DNA of 64,000 bases from Isurus oxyrinchus (Eukaryota), in the NCBI GenBank assembly GCA_026770705.1, contig JANJGN010000150.1, positions 1 to 64,000 on the forward strand. Reading direction: 5' to 3'. The notes under the pieces were generated by a model. That model was given only the letters and a program-made list of their open reading frames with translations. It had not been told where the DNA came from and searched no databases. The translations under genes and the position numbers were made by a program. Positions 24,539 to 35,679 of this stretch are shown here, one piece after another. The first letter of the stretch is position 1; each line of letters opens with the position of its first letter.

Positions 24539-24829
24539 CTGTGTATTTAATGAGAAAGGGTTGATGTGTCTCTGTGAGTCAAATCAGAAATTGGGGAACA
24601 ATTCTGAAAACCCCTTCATTGAAACGTAGGGCCTTAGTGTTGTGTTGTAAACAAACTGTTAACCCTTTGTGTCCTGACTCTGTGACGTGATTCCTGTGTA
24701 AAGTTGAGCATTTGGTGAGCGACTTTCAATTCACTGCTCACTCCAGGTGTTGAGGTGGATCTTCTGAAGGAGCAGATGTTGCTCAGCGCTCCTTAAAAAT
24801 GTCAGATACTGAACATTGTGTCAGAGGAC

Positions 24830-25040
24830 GAGAGAGAGAATAAGAAGGAGAGCATTAGTGGAGATAGGAGAGAGAGTGAATGAGAGAAAGAATGAGAAGG
24901 AGAGCATTAGTGGAGATAAGAGAGAGAGTGAATGAGAGAGAGAGAATGAGAAGGAGAGCATTAGTGGAGATAAGAGAGAGAGTGAATGAGAGAGAGAGAA
25001 TGAGAAGGCGAGCATTAGTGGAGATAAGAGAGAGTGAATG
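24830..25040. repeat. AG-rich ~52-bp tandem repeat, about four copies
   Basis: gagaaggagagcattagtggagataagagagagagtgaat repeated. Confidence 0.85.
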
Positions 25041-25350
25041 AAACATGGAAAAAGGAAAGAGATTGCATTCACTAACAAAAGAAAGGTTTTCATTTATATA
25101 GCACCTTTCACATCCTCATTAGGTCACAAGGTATCTTATGGTCCAGGTCAACACTGCCAGTTACAGGACTGAGTTGTGAAACATTGAGTGTTGAATGAGA
25201 TGTTAAACAGTAGGTGAACATCAAAACTCTTCAGGGGCTGTGAAGGGTTTTGGATTGTAAAAGGTGCTATAGAAATGAAAGTTCTTTCTATAAGGAGAGA
25301 AGGTTGAAGAAAACATGTTCAAAAACAACCAATTAAAGCTTCACACTTAC

Positions 25351-25447
25351 TTTCTCACACACTTGAAGATGAAGAATCCACTCAGTCCAACACTCAAACA
25401 GATTCCAGCTCCAAGCAATCCTGCTTTCCATTCATTGGAATCTCGCC
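25351..25447 (-). CDS. Gene C transmembrane exon (no mid-membrane charged residue)
   Basis: ttttacag acceptor and gtaagt donor, 97 nt, phase 1 to 2: RDSNEWKAGLLGAGICLSVGLSGFFIFKCVRK. Confidence 0.87.
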
Positions 25448-25654
25448 CTGTAAAATCAGCCAATGAATGACTCCGGTACAGTTTGAGAATGGTTCCCTAT
25501 GTACATGTAGTAATTCTGAACTTGTGAAGTGATATTGTCTATGCATGAAAGGTCTATACAAATAAATTTATCTATGTAATATTTATTGATAATATCCATG
25601 TACATGCAGGTTTCTATAAGGAGGATTCACATATAACAGAGGTGCCAAGCTGCT

Positions 25655-26640
25655 GAGGTGACACACAGGATTACAAAAATTCCAAACAGCGGAAACAACA
25701 TGCTATAGACAGAGCAAAGCGATCCCACAACCAACGATTCAGATCTAAGCTCTGCAGTCCTGCCACATCCAGTCATGAATGGTGATGGACAATTAAAGAT
25801 CTAACAGGAGGAGGATGTTCCACAAATATCCCCATCCTTAATGATGGGGGAGCTCAGCACATCAGTGCAAACGACAAGGCTGAAGCATTGGCAACCATGT
25901 TCAGCCAGAAGTGCTGAGTGGATGATCCATCTCGGCCTCCTCCAGAGGGTCCCAGCATCACAGATGTCAGCTTTCAGACAATTCGATTGACTCCACGTGA
26001 CATCAGCAATCAGCTGATGATACTGGATACAGCAAAGGCTCTTGGTCCTGGCAACATCCCGGCAACAGGAAATAATGTGGCTACAAGAGCGGGTCAGAGG
26101 CTGGGAACTCTGTGGTGAGTAATTCAACTCCTGACCACCCAAAGCCTGTCCACCATCGGACAAGGCACAAGTCAGGAGTGTGATGGAATAATCTCCAATT
26201 GCCTGAATAAGTGCAGCTCCAACAACACTCAAGAAGCTCGACACCGTCCAGGAGCAGCTTGTTTGATCGACAGCCCATCCACCAGCATAAACATTCATAC
26301 CCTCCACCACTGGCACACAATGGCAGCAGTGTGTGCACCATCTACAAGATGCACTGCAGCAACTCACCAAGGCTCCTTCGACAGCACCTTCCAAACTCTT
26401 AACCTCTTCCACTGAGACAGTTCCAAGTCAGTGAGGTGTGTGATTTGGAAGCGAACTTGAGGTGTTGGTGTGCCCTGGGACTTGGAACTATATCGGACGT
26501 TCCTTCACCATCACTGGGACAAAATCCTGGAACTCCCTCCCTAACAGCACTGTGGGTGTGCGTACACCACATGGACTGCAGTGGTTAAAGAAGGCAGCTC
26601 ACCACCACCTTCTCAAGGGGCAGTTACAGATGCGCAATAA
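25655..26640 (+). mobile_element. Internally deleted non-LTR retrotransposon fragment
   Basis: DDPSRPPPE..IRLTPRDI..LDTAKALGPGNIPA, LINE ORF2-like; clade not firmly assigned. Confidence 0.65.
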
Positions 26641-26713
26641 TTTCTGGTCTTATCAACAATGCCCACATCCCATGAGCTAATAACAAGAGAACGTTCAATT
26701 CTGTGTAACTCAC

Positions 26714-26994
26714 GTTCCACAGTGATGTTATAAATCCCTCCACTGCTCCATGTTCATTCTCTGCCACACACTGATAGTCTCCAGTGTCCCTGGATGTAAC
26801 GTGAGGAATCACCAACCACAGCTCATTGTTGGAACTTGTTCTGTTCATTGGGACATTAAGATGTCGCCACGTCAGGTTAGAAGCTGGGAAGCTCTCGACA
26901 GAGCAGATTATCACTGCAGAATTCCCCTCAATTATATTGATCGATGAAGCGTTAATCATACCAAGAGAAGTAATTGAGAGATTCTGTGGTTTGT
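26714..26994 (-). CDS. Gene C third Ig exon (C2/I-set) with a 1-bp deletion near its 3' end
   Basis: 281 nt (not a multiple of 3); DKPQNLSI..IICSVESFPASNLTW..DTGDYQCVAENEHG; ATAACATCACT versus ATAACCATCACT in the paralogue at ~56637. Confidence 0.85.
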
Positions 26995-27124
26995 CTGAAA
27001 ACAAATAAAGATCAGTTACTTACATTGACTGTGAAACACTTTGAGAGACACTGAGAATGTGAAAGGTGTGATATCAATGTAGGTTCCTTCACCACAAAGC
27101 ACTTAATTCAGGCAGACACTTCAG

Positions 27125-27785
27125 TTCAGTACTGAGGGAGTGCTGTACTGTTGGAGGGTCAGTACTGATGGAGTGCTGCACTGTTGGAGGGTCAGTACTG
27201 AGGGAGAGCTGCCCCCTTGGAGCGTGAGTACTGATGACCTGCTGCACCGTTGGAGGGCGGTTACTGTGAAGTCTGGACTGCCGCATAGTCAGTATTGAGC
27301 AAGTACTTCACTGTCAGAGAATAGTACTGAGGGAGTGCTGAACTGTTGGAGGATCAGTACTGAGGGAGTGCTGCACTGTCGGAGGATCAGTACTGATGGA
27401 CTGGTGCACTGTCGGAGGATCAGTACTGAGGGAGTGCTGCACTGTCGGAGGGTAAGTACTGATGGAGTGGTGCACTGTCAGAGGGTCAGTACTGAGGGAG
27501 TGGTGAACTGTCGGAGGGTCAGTACTGAGGGATTGCTGCACTGTTGGAGGGTCAGTACTAGAGGAGTGTTGCACTGTTGGAGGGCCAGTACTGAGGGAGT
27601 GCTGCACTTTCGGAGGGTCAGTAATTAGGGAGCTCTGCACTGTTGGAGGGTCAGTACTGAGGGAGTGCCGCAGTGTCGGAGGGTCAGTACTGAGGGAGTG
27701 CTGCACTGTCGGAGGGTTAGTACTGAGGGAGTGCTGCACTGTCGGAGCGTCAGTAATTAAGGAGCTCTGCACTGTTGGAGGGTGA
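27125..27785. repeat. 30-bp minisatellite array
   Basis: Same unit as 35680-37965; continues at 30835-31525 beyond a CR1 insertion. Confidence 0.9.
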
Positions 27786-27794
27786 TAAGGCCAT

Positions 27795-30700
27795 AAGACC
27801 ACAAGACGTCAGAGCAGAAGGAGGCCATTCGGCCAGTCAACTCTGCTCCGCCATTCAATGATACCATGTCTGATCTGACAATCCTCAACTCCACTTTCCT
27901 GCCTTTTCCCCATAGCCTTTGATTCCCTGACTGATTAAAAAACTGTGTATCTCAGCCTTGAATATAATTAATGACCCAGCCTCTGCAGCTCTCTGTAGTA
28001 AAGAATTCCACACATTCACTACCCTCTGAGAGAAGAAACTCCTCATCTCTGTCTTAAATGGGTGACCCCTTACTCTGAGATTATGCCCTCTGGTCCTAGA
28101 CTCTCCCACAAGGGGAAACAACCTCTCAGCATCTACCCTGTCAAGCACCCTAAGAATCTTATATGTTTCAATAAGGTCAGCTCTCATTCTCCTAAACTCC
28201 AATGAGTACAGGCCCATCCTACTCAACCTCTCCTCATATGAAAATCCCTCCATTACTGGGATCAACCTAGTGAACCTTCTCTGGACTGCCTCCAATACCA
28301 GTACATCTTTCCTTAGATAAGGGAACCAAAACTGCGCACAGTATTCTAGGTGTGGTCTAACTAGTGCCTTGTATAGTTTTAGCAAGACTTCCCTATTTTT
28401 ATACTCCATTCCCTTTGAAATAAAGGCCAACATTCCACCTGCCTTCCCTATTAACTGTTGAACTTGTATGTTATCTTTCTGATGACCCCCAAATTCCTCT
28501 ATGCTTCAGCTTTCCAATGTCTTTCTCCATTGAAATAATATTCAGCTCCTCTATACATCCTGCCACAGTGCAGCAGCTCACATTTTCCCACATTATATTC
28601 CATCTGCCAAGTTGATGTCCACTCACTGAACCTGTCTATGTCTCTCTGTAGACTCTTCGTGTCACCCTCACCACTTGCCTTCCCATCTATTTTTGTGTCA
28701 TCCACAAACTTGGCGAAAGTACATTAATTTCCCTCATCCAAGTCATTAATATATATTGTAAATAATTGTGGCCCCAGCACTGATCCTTGTGGCACTCCAC
28801 AGATTGCCATCCTGAAAATGCCCCCCTTATCCCAACTCTCTGACTTCTATTAGTTAGTCGATCCTCTATCCATGCTAATATACTGCCCCCAACACCATGG
28901 GCTCTTATCTTATTAAGTAGCCTTATATGTGATACTTTACTGAACAACTTTTGGAAATCCAAATATATTACATCTACTGGTTCCCCTTTATCTATCCTGT
29001 TTGTTACCTCCTCAAAGAATTCTAATAAATTTGTCATGCATGATTTCCCCTTCATGAAGCCTGTGTGTGATTAAATTATGCATTTCTAAATAGTCTGCTA
29101 TTACATCCTTTATAATGGACTCTAACATGTTCCCAATGACAGATGTTAAGCTAACTGCCCTATAGTTACCTGTTTGTTGTCTCCCTCCCTTTTTGAATAT
29201 GGGTGTTACATTGGCAGTTTTCCAATCCTCTGGGAGTTTCCCAGAATCTAAGGATTCTTGGAAGATTAAAACCAGTGCATCCACTATCTCTGCATCTACT
29301 TCCTTTAATATCCTAAGATGCAACCTATCAGGTCCAGGGGACTTATCAGCCTTGAGACCCATTAATTTCGCTAGCGTTATTCTCTAGTGATAGTTACTGT
29401 ATTTATTTCCTCTCCCCACCCCCCTTTTGCCCCTTGATTATTTAGTATTTTTGGAATGCTATTAGTGTGTTCTACCGTGAAGACTGATGCAAAGTATTTA
29501 TTCAACTCCTCTGTCATTTTCTGGTTCCTCATTATTATTTCCCCAGCCTAGTTCTCTAAGGGGCCCATGTTCACTTTGGTCTCTCTCTCCTTTCTTATAT
29601 ATTTAAAGAAGCTTTTATTGTCCTTTTTTATATCAATTACTAGTTTACCTAGTTTTCTCCCTCTTTATTTATTTTTTGGTCATCTTCTGTTGGTTTTTAA
29701 ATCTCTCTCAATCCTCTGGCTTACCACTAATCTTTGTCGTGCTGCATGTTTTTTCTTTCAATTTGACACACACCTTAACTTCTTTGGTTAACCCAGGTTG
29801 GTTTATTCTCTTCCTACAATCCTTCTTCCTCACTGGGATATATCTTTGTTGTGAGTCATGAGCTATTTTCTTTAACATCTGCTTTGTTCATCCAGCATCT
29901 TTTCTGCTAAACCCCTTTCCCAGTCCACTCCAGACAACCCTGTCCTTATTCCTTTGTAATTAAACTTATTTAAGTCCAGCACAGTTGTTTCCGACCCAGG
30001 TTTCTCAGTCTCAAACGGAATGCTAAATTGTACCAGGTTATGGTTACTGTTTTCCAGGGGATCATTTATTCTGAGATCATGTATGAAACCTGCCTCATTA
30101 CACATTACCAGATCCAAAATAGCCTGATCCCTGGTTAGATCCACGACATATTATTCCAGGAAACTGTCTTGAATACACTCTATGAATTCTTGCTCATGGC
30201 TACCTCTGCCAATTGGGTTTTCCCAATCTACATGAAGATTAATGTACTGCCTTTTTTACATGCCCTCATTATCTCATGATTTATTGTCTGTCCTACAGCC
30301 GAGCTACAGTCATGGGGCTGATAGACCACTCCCACCAGTTCCTTGTTCCACTTGTTATTCATTACCTCGAGCCATATGGATTCTATACCCTCCGATCCAA
30401 GATCATTTCTTGCTTTCGTACTTATTCCATCTCCTATTAACAAAGCTACCCCACCACCTTTCCTTCCTGCCTGTCTTTTTGAAAAGTCACATACCCCTGA
30501 ATATTTATTTCAAAGCTTTGATCTCCTTGTAACCATGTCTCCATAATGGCTATAAGATCAAACCCATTAACCTCTAATTGTGCCTTTAATTCATTTATGT
30601 TGTTCCAAATACTATGTGCATTTAAGTCAAGAGCCATTAATTTTGTCTTTTTATCATTTTCCTCCCTCTGACACTATTTGCTGATGTATTTTAATGTTTG

Positions 30701-30835
30701 GACACTGTGTACCCACCTGTCACACGCTGGGTATCATCACCAAAACAGCTATCCTGCAATGCTGGCAAATCCTTTTGCTTTGTAAGCCTACATATACCCT
30801 CTCCAGAACACTCTGCCCATCTATTTAGTTTAAAG
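27795..30835 (-). mobile_element. CR1 LINE ORF2 (APE endonuclease + RT), decayed, inserted in the 30-bp satellite
   Basis: LNAHSIWN..IAIMETWL (endonuclease), KSPGPDRLHLRILKE, YLDFQK and LVRPHLEYCAQFW; 3' tail at ~27800. Confidence 0.92.
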
Positions 30836-31525
30836 GCAATACTGAGGGAGAGCAGCACTGTCAAAGGGTCATTACTGAGGGAGTGTTGCACAGTTGGAAG
30901 CTCTGGAACAAGGGACTGCAGCATTATCTGAGGGTCAGTCGGGAGGGAGGTATTCAATGTTGGATTGTAAGTTCTGAGGGAGCGCTGCAGAGTTGGAGGT
31001 TCAGTAGTGAAGGAGTGCTGCACTGTCAGAGGGTCAGTACTGAGGGAGTGCTGCACTGTCAGAGGATCAGTACTGAGGGAGTGCTGCACTGTTGGAGGGT
31101 CAGTACTGTGGGAGTGCTGCACTGACGGAGGATCAGTACGGAGAGATTTCTAAACTGTTGGAGGATCAGTACTGAGGGAGTGCTGCACTGTCAGAGGGTC
31201 AGTACTGAGAGAGAGTTGCACTATCAGTGGGACAGGACTGAGGGAGTGCTGCACTGTCAGAGGGACAGGACTGAGGGAGTGCTACACTGTCAGTGGGTCA
31301 GGACTGAGGGAGTGCTGCACTGTCAGAGGGTCAGTACTGAGGGAGTGCTGCACTGTCGGAGGGTCAGTACTGAGGGAGTGCTGACTGTCAGAGGGTCAGT
31401 ACTGAGGGAGTGTTGCACTGTCATAGGGTCAGTAATGAGGGAGTGCTGCACTGTCATAGGGTCAGTACTGAAGGAGTGCTGCACTGTCAGAGGGTCAGTA
31501 CCGAATGAGTGCTGCACTGTCATGG
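30835..31525. repeat. 30-bp minisatellite array
   Basis: Visible tandem units. Confidence 0.9.
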
Positions 31526-31746
31526 GGTGAGGACATTGCGATTCCTGCTCTGCTCTATCGGTCTCTTGGCTGGAAATAAAAGCCGCTGTGTTACTGTTCA
31601 GAAACTGTTATTAATTGTGTTCTGGTCACTATTTTCCCTAAAAAACAGATTATCTGATTCTCATCAGAATACCTTTCTATGGGATCCTGCTGTGCATTAT
31701 CTACACTGTTCTAGCTAATGTACAATGAAAGGTCGTCCGTACTTAC

Positions 31747-32043
31747 CTTGCACAGTGAGTACGAGGGTCCGCTCCGATGAAACAGATGGATATCTCACTC
31801 TGCAGCTGAGAGTGTGTCCGTGGTGTTTGAGTGATGGGATCAGGGTCAGAACAGAAGTATAGGTCAGAGTGACACCATGCTGAGTTACAGTGTTTGAGAC
31901 TGATCCAGGTACGTCAGTGGGAGTGTCCCAGGTTAAGACAGGTGCTGCTGTTCCATTACACGTTGTGTTGAAGGTGCAGCTTACATCCACACGCTTTCCT
32001 GCAATAATTTCAGCAGGGAATATCGTGGGTTTATCTGTGAAAT
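31747..32043 (-). CDS. Gene C exon: C2-set Ig domain
   Basis: 297 nt, phase 1-1, canonical splice sites. Confidence 0.9.
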
Positions 32044-32902
32044 CTAACAGACAGAGAATGGATCCTTTTAGAGAAATATAACGTGAAGCATCAGTTCAAA
32101 TAGAAACCACAGTCCCACAAGAGAAAGCACTTTTACAAGGATGATATCAGAACTGAGAGGTTACAATGATCAGGAAAGATTTTCTTGCTCTTTGGCAGTA
32201 GTGTTTCTGTCTCTCAGCTTAATACACGTTCACTCCGAGACATGTGAATTGAGAACACTGGATGAGAGAAGAGGCTCAGACCAGAGATTGGAGTTAAAAG
32301 CAGAATACTGTGGATGCTGGAAATCTGAAACCAAAACAAAAATTGCTGGAAAGACTCAGCAGGTCTGACAGTATCAGTGGAGAGGAAGATAGGGTTAACG
32401 TTTCGAGTCCGTATGACTCTTCATCAGACCAGAGGTTTGAGTTCACTGGCTTCTCATTTCCTCAGTGATCTGGGTGATTTATTACATTGTGGTTTGTTGG
32501 ATCTTGCTGTGCACAAACTGACTGCTGTGTTTTACATCTGTGACTACAATTCAGGAATAATTTCATTGGCTGTGAAGGGATTTGGATCCTCCTGAGGTGG
32601 TAAATTGCGCTGCAGAAATGCACATCTTTCTTTTATCGATACGTCAGCCTTTTAAACAGGACAGGAGAGATTGATGGGAGTGGATAACCTGATAATACAG
32701 TTAATGTTTTTAATCATTGATATTAAAGTGAGTATTAGAGGTTGCTTTAGGACTGAACCGGAAGCTATCACCAGGTTATTGAGAATCAGACAGTGTGTTA
32801 TAATAAGCTGTGTTTTGTGTTAATATGTAAATGTCAAAGTTTGTGTTATTTCTCATTGAGTGTTGAATGTGAATTGTTGAGTAATTATAACACAGCACTT
32901 AC

Positions 32903-33271
32903 CAGAAATGTGAAGCTGGGTTACAGGGTAATAGTTATGGCTCGGACCATTGTCAAATTCTATCCTGAAAAAATAAGGTCCTGCATCTTCCCGTCTGATG
33001 CTGTTTATAATCAGGGAACAGTCGCCATCTTTCAGGTCTCCAGACAGCCGGGTCCGATGGTGGAACCGTGGTAACTCGTGACTGTGATCCTTGGAGTGAA
33101 AGGCAATGGGAGCCCAGGGAATCTGTTTCTCATTATTAAACCAGACTCCACCTCGCGGTTTGCTTTCCAAATGTGATGGATAACTGTAATGACATGGAAT
33201 CTGTACACACGAACCTTCCTGCGCTGTCACCTCTCGGGGACTGTCACCTTTCCACTCTTGTGACAGTCCAA
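32903..33271 (-). CDS. Gene C exon: V-set Siglec-like domain
   Basis: 369 nt, phase 1-1; CVQIPC, GVWF, DCSL and YFFRIE intact. Confidence 0.92.
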
Positions 33272-33902
33272 CTGGGGAGAGAAATATCAATATTTAACTC
33301 TGGAAGGTTTGTAGATCCACTAGACTCGATATCCACCCCCTCCATCACTGGGGCACAGTGGCTGCAGTTTGGAACATCTACAGGACACACAAGGAACTCC
33401 CCAAGGTTTCACAATGGATGGAAGAGAATCCTGGACACAGGAGTGGACAAGTTCATTCTACTTTGGCTCATGGTCCTCAGGACCCTGTTTAGTGAAGCCA
33501 GTGAGACAGTGTCACTGTGCCTTGTATTATAATGCTCCTGTGTAGCCCCTTGGATTGTTTTTTTTTACAGTTAAGGCGCTATGTAAATATAATCTATTGC
33601 TCTCTGCTCATCTGGACCATTTGGATTGTTAATTTCAAGCGGCCTGGTGACTGCTTCATGTTCAGTCCAAATGCAGCCTCTAATTATCACTTTAATGTCA
33701 ATGATTAAATGTGACCCAACACACTGTCTACAAGACACACCAACTGAGATCCATTCAGTGCTGATTTACAAGACAGGACAATGGATTAGGAGCCGTCAGA
33801 ACTCCCCCCATTATCACCGTCATGAATCACTAATTAGCCTAACATTCCTGTCTGCTCTTCAACACAGCTGATTGGCTAATCTGATTCAATCTGATTGGTG
33901 CA

Positions 33903-34006
33903 CTTTGGACCTTCATTGTCTGAGGAATCTCTTTGGATCCTCATTGTTTTAGGAATATCTTTGGATCCTCATTGTTTAAGGAATCTCTTTGGATCCTCAT
34001 TGTCTA
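33903..34006. repeat. ~28-bp tandem repeat, about four copies (ctttggatcctcattgtttaaggaatct)
   Basis: Directly visible. Confidence 0.8.
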
Positions 34007-34806
34007 AGGGATTATTTCTGATCCAAACCCCATATTGTTGTATTGTTGATTCCGATGCAGCATTGTAGACTGACTTGTCCCCAAGCTCAGCACTGACCCT
34101 ACTCCAGCAGACACTGTGAAACACACTAACAAAGTGCCTCTAGCCTGAGCTCTGCATGTGTCGAGAGAAAGACAAATATACAAACTGAATATTGACACCT
34201 TTACACACAGACAGCTTTACCTTCCTTCTCTCTTTCAGTTATCTTGCTCCCTTATTGAAGTATCTAGCAAGGTGAGAATGGACAGGAAGTGTGACACTGA
34301 ACAGCCTGTCTATTCTAGGAGCTGCTGTGTTGTCTTCATGGGAAATTCTGAATAAAATCAGCAAAAGACACATTTCAGGATATTGCTATCAGACACCTAA
34401 CATAGGGAGAGACTTCATCCTCCAGTTTTTATCCCTGATTTTCTACTCAACCTTTTACCACCCTTCCCCCCATCCACACTGACTTACATAGGCTCCCAGT
34501 CAAGCAGATCCTCCATTTTAAGATTCTCATGCTCAATTCCCAATCCCGCCAACCCCCTCTCCACTCGCTGGCTCTGTAACCTCAACCAGCCCCTTCAACC
34601 CTCAGAGATCTCTGCTCTCCTCCAATTCTGCTGTCAGACAGGGAGTCAGTGTATATCAGTGAGCACAGTGGTGATGGGTCAATGGGACTTGGTGTGTGTT
34701 TGTACACTGGCTCACTGCTGAATCTGTTCTCAATCACAGCTCAATAAGAATGATCTTTTACAAAGACTATTAGCCATAAATCTGTTTGAGCTGATGATGA
34801 TATTAC

Positions 34807-34846
34807 CTTGGAGAAGTGACAGGAGGAAGTAAGATTTCCCGATCAT
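34807..34846 (-). CDS. Gene C leader exon coding part MIGKSYFLLSLLQ
   Basis: ATG at 34846, phase-1 gtaat donor, acceptor near 34889. Confidence 0.85.
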
Positions 34847-35297
34847 TGTCCACTCCCAGATAATTCCTCAGCTTCTAACTCTGAAGTTCTGAAAGAGAAA
34901 GGAGTTAATGAGACCTCACCTCTTGTCCGACAGCTCTCGAGAGATCAGAACTGCTTTTAGACAATGTCTTCACGGATCTAATTTGATTCTCTGTGGGATG
35001 ATAGGTGCTCTGCAGAGAGTTACAAGGCTTTAAGAAAGAAAAACATTGAAGGACTTGCATTTCTATAGCACCTTTCAACACCTCAGGATATCCCAAAGCT
35101 CATGTCCCTGCACTTCCCTCATCCCTTGAGCTAGAAAGATGTTCTGTACAACAGACTTGAGTCTCACACCCAGATCTCAATAATTAGTAGAAATCTTTCA
35201 AAGGCATCAATCATTGGAATCTGTCTTTATAAAGTCACAACATCAACAAAGGACGGTGTTGGTCGTGGAAGTGAATTCCAATCGTTCCGTTACTTAC

Positions 35298-35438
35298 CCA
35301 GGACCTGTCCGACTTCTCGCCTGGGGAGGTACTGCCCACACGCTCTGCTTGGGCTGAATGACCTCTTCCTGTGCTGCTCCCTCTGTGTATTTAATTAGAA
35401 AGGGTTGATGTGTCACTGTGAGTCAAAATGTGGAAGTG
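35298..35438 (-). promoter_or_regulatory. Gene C 85-nt first-exon module (35298-35382) with AP-1 and ETS-core site
   Basis: tgagtca at 35419-35425 followed by aaaatgtggaagtg. Confidence 0.55.
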
Positions 35439-35679
35439 GTCACTTTGTGAGGATGCAGCTCATGTTTAGAGTTTTTTGAAGCTGTTAACCCTTTGCGTTC
35501 TGGACTTGTGATGATATTTCTGCTCAAAAGTGGAAAGTCATTGACCAGGAATTTCTCCTGTGGGTCATTGGGTTTCAAACCCTCTCTCGCTCTCTGAGTG
35601 AGAAGGTCGTCTGTTCGAGATTCATTTGGCAAAATTCAGACTGCCAAACCAGACCGGCACTCGGTGTCAGGACTGAGAG

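Noticed and set aside
24742-24791. Possible extra 50-nt exon between the TM exon and the 85-nt exon
   Set aside because: Including it would put the downstream Tyr/ITIM exons out of frame, and its donor is weak.
24821-25093. Hydrophobic ORF resembling a multi-pass membrane peptide
   Set aside because: It is the translation of a CT-rich tandem repeat in an intron.
32903-33271. Assigning a specific symbol such as CD33, MAG, SIGLEC14 or SIGLEC15
   Set aside because: The family signature is clear, but orthology cannot be established without phylogeny and synteny; this looks like a lineage-specific expansion.
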